IMG/VR virus record: IMGVR_UViG_3300005613_000011
Location: 32,001 to 96,000 of that record
DNA from: a virus
Length of the DNA: 64,000 nt
Direction: 5' to 3' (one strand)
Positions 56,643 through 64,000 of the stretch are shown here, one piece after another (position 1 is the first letter of the stretch; every line of letters starts with the position of its first letter). A model generated the notes under the pieces. That model had not been told where the DNA came from, ran no database searches, and saw nothing but the letters and a program-made list of their open reading frames with translations. Position numbers and translations under genes: made by a program.

Positions 56643-59628
56643 AATAAGCAATAAAAACTTTGTTCACACGCATGTTCACAGCTCTTATAGTCTCTTTGAT
56701 GGGCTTGCAAGTGTAGAAGGTCTCGTTACGAGAGCAAGAACTCTTGGGTTTCCTGCACTTGCTTTAACAGATCATGGTAACATGGGCGGTGCTATCAAGA
56801 TGTTTAAGCATTGTCTAGCCACTAAGGACAAAAACGGGGTTGATATCGAAACCGATCCTATCAAGCCAATAATAGGCATAGAACTTTATATGTCTAAAAA
56901 TAGGTTTAGTAAAGACAAAGAAAATCAACCAGAAGGGCAAAAAGGCAACTATCATATAGTTCTTTTAGCAAAGAATTGGGAGGGATACCAGAATTTATGT
57001 TTTCTTTCCAACGCTGCTTACACAGAAGGATTTTATTTTAATCCAAGAGTTGATTTTGATTTATTGTCAAAACATTCTGATGGAGTTGTTTGTTCTAGTG
57101 CATGTTTAAAGAGTCTTATTAACAGAAATCTATTATATGATAGATATGACGAAGCTAAGAAGGCAGCATCTATTTTTAAAGATATATATGGTGAAAATTT
57201 CTTTCTTGAAGTAATGTATAACGGTATTCCTGCTCAAATGAGGGTAATATCTGATATTTTCAAGCTAGGTGCAGATCTAAAAATATCTACAATAGCCACA
57301 AACGATTGCCACTATATCGACAAGGCGCAAGCAGAGTCACAAGAAGTTCTTACATGTATGTCAACAAGAACATGCTTATCTAATCCTAAAAGGATGCATC
57401 AGCCATATCCAGAGTTTTATTTAAAGACTGCTGATGAGATGTATAAGATATTTAAAGATAAGCCAAGGTGCTTGACAAATACGGTTTCAATTGCCGAAAT
57501 GATCGATTCTGATGATATAGAGAAAAATTTGTTTGTAAAGAGGATGAGGTTGCCTGAGTTTGAAGTTCCTGAAGAGTTTTCGAGTCCGTTTGAGTATCTC
57601 AAAAGTTTGGCCTGGAAGGGAATGAAAGATTTGGGTTGGGATAAGAGGGAAAAACATGTAGAGGCTCTTGAGAAAGAATTAGCAGATATTCAGGTTGCTA
57701 AAGAAAATAACAATTATGACTTCGCAACTTATTTTTTGATAGTTTGGGATATTGTAAACTATGCAAGGGGAAAAGGTATTTTCACAGCTCCTGGGAGAGG
57801 TTCGGCTTATGCATCTGTTTTACTTAGATGTTTAAAAGTTTGTTATGGAAGAGACCCTATTGAAAGTGGATTACTTTGGGAAAGATTCTTGGCGTTTAAA
57901 AAATCAGAAGAAACTGGCAAGAGAGTTTTTGCTAGACCTGGTTTCCCCGATATCGATACAGATTTTGATTTTTTTAGAAGAAGCGAAGTTTACGATTATA
58001 TTATAGATAAATATGGGAGGGGAAATGTAGCGAACATAGGGACATATATTGGTCTTAAGATCAGGATGGCTCTGACAAGAATAATAAAGGCTCTTGATAT
58101 CGCCGGGTCTTGGCATAAAGGCAAACAAGAATATATCAGCGACAATAATGCCAAGGTGGAAGAGATACTTGGTCAGCTTCCAAAACCTACCGGTGCATTT
58201 ATGAGAGCCAGAGACGATCAAGGGAATGAACATTTCATAAAAACAATTGATGAGGCTTGTAAGTATTGTCCTGATTTCAAGTATTACATGGACAAATATC
58301 CTGCGATAGTAAAACACTGTAAAAATATACAGGGGCTATTAAGCTCATTTAGTTGTCATCCTGCTGGTATTATCATATCTGATATACCTATGTCTAGTGT
58401 AGCTCCGGTTCGCAGGTCAAAACAAGGACAGTTCGCTACTCAATACGACATGGAAGATCTTGAATCTATTGGGTTGGTTAAGATAGACATTTTAGCAACA
58501 GCAATACTTACTGTTATTGATCGTACAGTCAAAATGATTAAAGATAATTATGGTATTAATATAGATGTTGAGAATATGACGTATGAAGATGAAAAAACAT
58601 TTGCTTTGTATCGTAGCGGGCGATTAAAAGGCGTTTTCCAGTGCGAGAATAGGGGTATGCAACAGGTTATGAGGGATATTGGAGTTAGTTCTTTTAATGA
58701 TATAGTTGTTGCTATTGCCCTGTATCGCCCAGGCCCGATGGCTAATATCCCGGAATATTGTGACAGAAAAAAAGGTTTGAATACTGTTTCTTATTTTCAT
58801 AAGTCAATTGAGCCATTTGTAAAAGACCATTTAGAGGAAACGTATGCCGTAGCAGTATTCCAAGAACAAATTATGCAAATATGCAACTCTTTAGGTGGAC
58901 TATCTGTTACTGATGGTTATATTCTGATAAAAGGTATAGGTAAAAAAAAGAAATATCTTATTAACAAATATAGAAAGCAATTTATCGATGGAGCTGTTAA
59001 TAATGGTGTTCCTAAAGATATAATAGAACAATATTGGGACAAGTTTATAATCCCGTTTTCTTCTTATGGATTCAATAAAGCTCACGCGGAAGCATATGGT
59101 GTAATTTCGTGGTATAGCGCATATCTTAAGGCAAATTATACTCCTGAGTTCATGGTTTGCTCATTAAATGTAGTAAATGAGGATAAAAAGCACGATAAAA
59201 TTATAGAATTAGAAAGAGACCTAAAGCATTTTGATATTGAACTTGCTGATAAAGACTTAAATACGTGTGGTGTTGATTATAAAATTCTCAGAAAACAAGA
59301 TAAAGAATCAGGGATAAATAAGACGCTGATTTCACCTAGTGTTATGGTTAAAGGGGTTGGATATAATACGGCAAAAAATATTGCTGATAATAAACCTTAT
59401 AATTCATTAAAGGATTTTGTCGCAAAAACCGATTCTAAACTAGTAACCAAAGATACTGTTGCTTCATTAATAGATGCTGGTTTCTTTCATAAGATGACTA
59501 AGGATTATTATAAGAAGAACAAGAAGAGGCTTTCCAAGGGTAAGATATTAAATCAATTCTCTACTATTCGTAAAGACTTGAGAAAGGCCGCTAGTAAAGG
59601 TGTAGAATCTGTGGATTTATTTGGATAG
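56632..59628 (+). CDS. dnaE: DNA polymerase III alpha subunit (family C)
   Basis: HTHVHSSYSLFDG PHP domain, GRGS, PDIDTD, HPAG, KIDIL, ALYRPGP and YGFNKAH motifs. Confidence 0.95.
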   Translation: MTNKISNKNFVHTHVHSSYSLFDGLASVEGLVTRARTLGFPALALTDHGNMGGAIKMFKHCLATKDKNGVDIETDPIKPIIGIELYMSKNRFSKDKENQPEGQKGNYHIVLLAKNWEGYQNLCFLSNAAYTEGFYFNPRVDFDLLSKHSDGVVCSSACLKSLINRNLLYDRYDEAKKAASIFKDIYGENFFLEVMYNGIPAQMRVISDIFKLGADLKISTIATNDCHYIDKAQAESQEVLTCMSTRTCLSNPKRMHQPYPEFYLKTADEMYKIFKDKPRCLTNTVSIAEMIDSDDIEKNLFVKRMRLPEFEVPEEFSSPFEYLKSLAWKGMKDLGWDKREKHVEALEKELADIQVAKENNNYDFATYFLIVWDIVNYARGKGIFTAPGRGSAYASVLLRCLKVCYGRDPIESGLLWERFLAFKKSEETGKRVFARPGFPDIDTDFDFFRRSEVYDYIIDKYGRGNVANIGTYIGLKIRMALTRIIKALDIAGSWHKGKQEYISDNNAKVEEILGQLPKPTGAFMRARDDQGNEHFIKTIDEACKYCPDFKYYMDKYPAIVKHCKNIQGLLSSFSCHPAGIIISDIPMSSVAPVRRSKQGQFATQYDMEDLESIGLVKIDILATAILTVIDRTVKMIKDNYGINIDVENMTYEDEKTFALYRSGRLKGVFQCENRGMQQVMRDIGVSSFNDIVVAIALYRPGPMANIPEYCDRKKGLNTVSYFHKSIEPFVKDHLEETYAVAVFQEQIMQICNSLGGLSVTDGYILIKGIGKKKKYLINKYRKQFIDGAVNNGVPKDIIEQYWDKFIIPFSSYGFNKAHAEAYGVISWYSAYLKANYTPEFMVCSLNVVNEDKKHDKIIELERDLKHFDIELADKDLNTCGVDYKILRKQDKESGINKTLISPSVMVKGVGYNTAKNIADNKPYNSLKDFVAKTDSKLVTKDTVASLIDAGFFHKMTKDYYKKNKKRLSKGKILNQFSTIRKDLRKAASKGVESVDLFG

Positions 59629-59947
59629 GAGAAAAACAATGAGCGAAGAAAAAGAAAAGAGAAAATCTAAAATTTCGAAATCGGTAAGACGAATTTACAA
59701 CGTTGCACAATATGAAAGTCTTGAACTTGTTATTAACTATGAAGAAGAGATAGACTGGGACACAATTAAGGAGCGGCAACAGAAATCCAAGAATATAACT
59801 TCTCTTCTTCTGGATGATTTTAAGAATACCAGAAAAGAAGTTTTTGAGGAATTGAACGAGTCTGAAAAGAAAGCGTATTTTAAAAATGCTCTTAAGTCAA
59901 TGAAGGCTACAGAGGACGAATTAGAAAATTTTGATACTATTGAATAA
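59621..59947 (+). CDS. Hypothetical protein
   Basis: RRIYNVAQYESL motif; likely start ATG 59639 after AGGAG. Confidence 0.55.
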   Translation: MDRRKTMSEEKEKRKSKISKSVRRIYNVAQYESLELVINYEEEIDWDTIKERQQKSKNITSLLLDDFKNTRKEVFEELNESEKKAYFKNALKSMKATEDELENFDTIE

Positions 59948-59959
59948 AGGTGATATCAA

Positions 59960-60961
59960 ATGGCGGAAGTAACTGAAAAAGATTTAGAAGATGTTTTCGG
60001 AATCCCTTCAGACCCTGTGAAGAAAGATTCAGATGAAAATAGTACTAGTTTCGAAGAAGGTGTCGAAGAAATAAATGACACTTTGAAAGATATGGATGAA
60101 ATAGTTCCTGTTTCAAAAAAGGAACCAGAGATAGTAGAAGAGAAAGATGAGCCTAAAAAAGACGAATCCAAAGAATCTACTATAGATTTTGAAAAAGAAA
60201 CAAAGCAAGTTCAAAAAGAAGCAGAAAGTATGAATGCCCCTGAGAAGAACGATCCCGTTCCAATCGAAGACAATGTTGATTCTGGTGATTTGCCAAGTGG
60301 AGAGATATCATGGCTTACGGTTCCACCTAACGCTAGATTTAACAATTTTTATAAGCAAAAGGTATCTATCATAAAGGAAATTTTGAAAGACAAACAAATA
60401 CCTTTTGAGAAATACGAGAACGAACTCAGGAATAGTTATTGTGGTGTAAGATCATCTATATATGATTTGCCTCAGCTATATAATAATATGAGTGAAGTTC
60501 ACAAGATAAGGGATCGTGTATGTCAAATACGAACTGAAATCAATTCTCAGTATTTTAAATTTGAAAGAATTACTGAACTTTTAAGAGGACTTTTAGCCAG
60601 AACTTTATATGAAAGAGGGAAGCAGGAAGGTGTTCAATTTGAACATATGAGAGATGTGGAACTTTATTTGGAGAGCCTAAGGTCTCTCTATAAAATTGCC
60701 GATATTATACATAAGAACTTGGATGCTGCTTCGGAGTTGTTATCTAGGCAAGTTACTATAGCAACAACTGCGAGACCTCCAAATAGAAATATTGAAACTT
60801 CTCCGTCTCATCCCAATGAGACCTATATACATAAAGAAGTCCCTGAAGAACTAACGGGTTATGACACTTTACCAGTTGGCAGTGGATCTACCGAAAAGAG
60901 TAATGTCAAACGGAAACCTGTTCAGGGAGTAAAATCTACAACATGGGATGAGGTGGCGTAA
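59960..60961 (+). CDS. Hypothetical protein with acidic N-terminus and coiled-coil core
   Basis: AAGGTG SD; 333 aa. Confidence 0.6.
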   Translation: MAEVTEKDLEDVFGIPSDPVKKDSDENSTSFEEGVEEINDTLKDMDEIVPVSKKEPEIVEEKDEPKKDESKESTIDFEKETKQVQKEAESMNAPEKNDPVPIEDNVDSGDLPSGEISWLTVPPNARFNNFYKQKVSIIKEILKDKQIPFEKYENELRNSYCGVRSSIYDLPQLYNNMSEVHKIRDRVCQIRTEINSQYFKFERITELLRGLLARTLYERGKQEGVQFEHMRDVELYLESLRSLYKIADIIHKNLDAASELLSRQVTIATTARPPNRNIETSPSHPNETYIHKEVPEELTGYDTLPVGSGSTEKSNVKRKPVQGVKSTTWDEVA

Positions 60962-60990
60962 TAGGTCTCTATAGTAAGAGGTATAGTAGT

Positions 60991-61677
60991 ATGAGTACAG
61001 TTATTGATTGGGATCAAGTCGGTGAAACAAGTGGTTCAGGCAAGTCTAGAACAGGAGTTAATTTCCTGCAATTGAGACCAGGAACCTATGAAGTTAGGTT
61101 GCTTGGTACGCCTGTTGCCATGAACAAGTTCATGATTCAAGGCAAGGATGATCGTTGGAGAAGCGCGGTTGTCGAAGATCCAAAAGATAATCCTGTAACC
61201 AAGAATCATGGAGTAAATCCTTCCGAACGTTATGCCATTAATTGTTTGGACAGGTCTGATGGAAGCTTGAAAATTCTTGAAGGTGGAGTCAAGGTTTTTG
61301 GTGAGTTTAAGAAGTACTTTAAACACACTGGTAAGAATCCCGGTGCTTCTGATGACGGAGCAGATTTCAAGATTGTTGTCACTGGATCTGGTAGGTCAAA
61401 ACAGCTCAAGACAAGTTTCGAGAAGAATACTCCTCTGACGAAAGAAGAGACCGCCTATATCAAGAAGACCTGTGGTGGTCTTTACGATTTGAAGGAAATT
61501 TTCAAGGTAACACCCAATGATCATCTTGAGGCTAGGTTGTTTCCTGATGAACACCAGCCTTCTGGTTCTCCAGAGCAAAAAAGCGCAGCGGACGATGTTG
61601 GTGTAAGTGCTGAAGAAGTTCCATCAGGTAATATTTCTCCTGATACAGAAGAAGTGGAAGATGCGTTACCCTTCTAA
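60991..61677 (+). CDS. Single-stranded DNA-binding protein (gp32-like)
   Basis: FLQLRPGTYEVRLL...YAINCLDR...LKILE...GADFKIVVTG; acidic tail ending DALPF; next to recA. Confidence 0.7.
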   Translation: MSTVIDWDQVGETSGSGKSRTGVNFLQLRPGTYEVRLLGTPVAMNKFMIQGKDDRWRSAVVEDPKDNPVTKNHGVNPSERYAINCLDRSDGSLKILEGGVKVFGEFKKYFKHTGKNPGASDDGADFKIVVTGSGRSKQLKTSFEKNTPLTKEETAYIKKTCGGLYDLKEIFKVTPNDHLEARLFPDEHQPSGSPEQKSAADDVGVSAEEVPSGNISPDTEEVEDALPF

Positions 61678-61689
61678 ATAGGATTGAGT

Positions 61690-61730
61690 CAATTAGCGAG
61701 GAGGGAGATATTCTCCCTCCTCGCTAATTG
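61690..61730. repeat. Perfect 19-bp inverted repeat with a 3-nt loop
   Basis: CAATTAGCGAGGAGGGAGA TAT TCTCCCTCCTCGCTAATTG; no U-tract on either side. Confidence 0.9.
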
Positions 61731-61756
61731 CGAATGTGTGCCTGGAGAAATAGAAA

Positions 61757-64000
61757 ATGGCTAAAAATAAAAGTGATATAATAGTTGACAATTTGAAAGG
61801 TTTTATTCGCAAAGGCGCTTCTTCTACTCCCGAAGGTTACGTTCCTACTGGTCATTTCAGTCTAGATTTCGTAATCAATCACGGAGAGCTACCAGAGAAA
61901 ATAGATTTATCTGAATTGGAAGGATATGATCCTTCTGAAAATCTGGGTATTCCCCTTGGTAAGCTTGTAATGTTGTACGGAGAAGAGGGAGGGGGGAAAA
62001 GCTCAATTGCATACAGAATATCTGGTTATGCTCAAAAGTTAGGTTATCCTGTTGCATGGTTGGATACCGAACATAGTTTTGCAGAGAATCTCGCTAAGAT
62101 CAATGGGGTTGATGTAGACGAGTTGTATTATTCTACAATGTCTAATCCTAAAGATCCTGACAAGGTTTATTTTGCAGAAGATGTTTTTGATTCTATTATT
62201 GAATTGATTAAGTCTGGTGTCAAAGTAATTATTCTCGATTCGGTTGCGAATCTTGTTCCAAAAGAAAGGATGGAAGGTAGTGCTGAGAAGATAATTGTTG
62301 GGAAACTCGCCAGATTGATGTCTGAAAATCTTGGTAAATTGGTTGCTTATGCCGCAAAGTTTGGAACTTTATTGGTTTTTATTAATCAATTAAGATTCAA
62401 GATAGGCATAATGTTTGGATGTTTCCATTATAATTCTCGTGTGGTTTTATCTGATGGGACAACGAAAAAAATTGGTACTATTGTCAATAATAAATTAGAT
62501 TTGGAAGTTATGTCTTATAATCCTGATACAGGAGATATAGAGCCAAAGAAGATTATAGATTGGCATGATAATGGTAGTTTAACAGAAGATGAATGCTTTT
62601 TGAATTTTGTTGTAGAAAAACACGGAGGGAATGGAAGGACTAGGTTTTCATGTACTCCAAATCATAAAATTTTTGTCCCTGAATCTAACGAAAAGTGTTC
62701 TAACTATAGCAAAACTATTAGTGCTGGAGATTTGGAGATTGGAGACGAAATATTAGTATCTCAACCTTACTATTTAAATGACGTGCAAAGACAAATTGTT
62801 TATGGGTCTATTCTTGGAGATGGGAATATAAGACCTGGTAGATATAATAGTTCTTGTAGTAATTTGAGGATTGGTCATGGTCGAGAACAAAAAGATTATT
62901 GTCATTGGAAGCAGGAAATTCTTGAGCCTTGGATTGGGTATAGTAAAAACAAGGAAGATAGATACGATTTTGAAACTATCCCTATGTTAGAATTGACGAA
63001 ATTGCAGTATTCCACTAAATATATAACACCAGATTCTAGAGATCCTAGAAATAAAGAAAAAATTATTCCAGACGAAATTATTGATAATTTAGGTGAATTA
63101 GGGCTTGCTATTTGGTATCTTGATGATGGAACATTTGGTGGTCATTATTCTAAGTGGGGAAATGGTAAGTCTACTATTTGTTGTATTAAATTTTCCAATA
63201 GAGATAAAATGATGAAGACTTTTGATAAATTTGGTTTATGTCCTAAGTTAAAAAAAGTTGGATTTTTCTTTAATTCTGAAGATACAAGAAAATTACATTC
63301 TATTATATGTAAATATGTTCCACCTTGTATGGAATATAAAATTCATCCTAACTTTAGAGGTAAATATGATTTTGATATTGACGATCAAGATGACAATATA
63401 AAAGAATTGAGAGCAATATCAGCAAAGATCATTGATATTCATGAGAAGGCACCTACAAGAACTAAAAAGAAATTTGATTTAACGATAGAAGATAATGCAT
63501 CATATATTGTTGATGGAGCTATAGTCCATAATTCTCCGGAAACTACTCCTGGTGGTATGAGTTTGAAGCACAATTCATCCTTGATTATCAAGATCACAAA
63601 GAAGAAAAGTAGAGATGCCGAAATAGAAATTCCTGGCGAAGATGGAAAAATGAAGCTTATCGGCAGGAAGTCATACATGAAGGTTGAAAAGAATAGGTTT
63701 GCCAAGCCTTGTTTTGAGAATATAGAAGTTCCTATTTATTACATGGAATATTTTCCCAACATAGAAGAAATAATGTTTGAAACTGGTCGCCAGTTAAAAG
63801 TTATTTCTGTCAGGAAGGGAGTATTCAAGTGGACTGATCAAAAAGGCGAAAAACATGAAGCTGAAGGTAGGTCTGATTTTATAGAGCATATAAAATATAA
63901 CGAACTTCGGTATTCATTGGCGAAGCATCTCTACGATGTTGCGAATGAAAGCGAAACTATTTTGCCTCCAGAAATAGTTAAGTGGTTGAAAAATCATGAA
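61757..64000 (+). CDS. recA: RecA recombinase with intein; 3' end outside the window; not in the ORF track
   Basis: My translation: PTGHFSLD...LYGEEGGGKSS...WLDTEH...ILDSVANL...LARLMS...FINQLRFKIGIMFG|intein|SPETTPGGMSLKH...KVEKNRFAKP. GGAG SD; no stop before the window end. Confidence 0.92.
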   Translation, partial: MAKNKSDIIVDNLKGFIRKGASSTPEGYVPTGHFSLDFVINHGELPEKIDLSELEGYDPSENLGIPLGKLVMLYGEEGGGKSSIAYRISGYAQKLGYPVAWLDTEHSFAENLAKINGVDVDELYYSTMSNPKDPDKVYFAEDVFDSIIELIKSGVKVIILDSVANLVPKERMEGSAEKIIVGKLARLMSENLGKLVAYAAKFGTLLVFINQLRFKIGIMFGCFHYNSRVVLSDGTTKKIGTIVNNKLDLEVMSYNPDTGDIEPKKIIDWHDNGSLTEDECFLNFVVEKHGGNGRTRFSCTPNHKIFVPESNEKCSNYSKTISAGDLEIGDEILVSQPYYLNDVQRQIVYGSILGDGNIRPGRYNSSCSNLRIGHGREQKDYCHWKQEILEPWIGYSKNKEDRYDFETIPMLELTKLQYSTKYITPDSRDPRNKEKIIPDEIIDNLGELGLAIWYLDDGTFGGHYSKWGNGKSTICCIKFSNRDKMMKTFDKFGLCPKLKKVGFFFNSEDTRKLHSIICKYVPPCMEYKIHPNFRGKYDFDIDDQDDNIKELRAISAKIIDIHEKAPTRTKKKFDLTIEDNASYIVDGAIVHNSPETTPGGMSLKHNSSLIIKITKKKSRDAEIEIPGEDGKMKLIGRKSYMKVEKNRFAKPCFENIEVPIYYMEYFPNIEEIMFETGRQLKVISVRKGVFKWTDQKGEKHEAEGRSDFIEHIKYNELRYSLAKHLYDVANESETILPPEIVKWLKNHE
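62420..63532 (+). mobile_element. RecA intein with LAGLIDADG endonuclease (371 aa)
   Basis: MFG|CFHYNSRVVLSDG...CTPNH...VYGSILGDG...LAIWYLDDG...FDLTIEDNASYIVDGAIVHN|S. Confidence 0.92.

Noticed and set aside
269-63705. Numerous short minus-strand and nested ORFs in the track
   Set aside because: They lie within long, motif-bearing + strand genes and show no recognisable motifs.
1-64000. tRNA/rRNA genes, reverse transcriptase or DGR repeats
   Set aside because: No cloverleaf, rRNA-like segment, RT motif or adenine-variable repeat pair was noticed by eye; a tRNAscan/Infernal run would be needed to exclude them.

Overview
AT-rich (roughly one-third G+C, estimated by eye) segment of a large tailed dsDNA phage genome, almost entirely + strand, standard genetic code. 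Positions 1-35.3 kb are a tail module: tail tube (5'-truncated), a tail-assembly chaperone with a -1 frameshift plus a second paralogous chaperone, a tape measure protein, and four giant (1585-2647 aa) tail/baseplate/adhesin proteins with poly-Ser, FN3, LamG, Kelch, vWA and beta-propeller domains. Positions 35.4-64 kb are a DNA metabolism module: two GT2 glycosyltransferases, a metallophosphoesterase with a LAGLIDADG intein, three DNA methyltransferases, SF2 helicase, translation initiation factor IF-3, an AAA+ ATPase, DnaC-like loader, DnaB, a stand-alone CHC2 zinc finger, a free LAGLIDADG endonuclease, DnaE, SSB, and an intein-containing RecA that the ORF track misses because it runs off the window. 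The strongest unusual signal is an AAA+ ATPase encoded as two genes and broken in its Walker A loop by an atypically split mini-intein (24-aa IntN, 126-aa IntC). Other highlights are several IS200/IS605 OMEGA remnants (IscB, omega-RNA scaffolds, a TnpB stub, a fused-end mini-element), a vWA domain split by about 1900 aa of inserted domains, and a recurring AAAGGA-N15/16-CGAWAAT promoter motif. All family assignments come from motif recognition by eye; no database searches were run.
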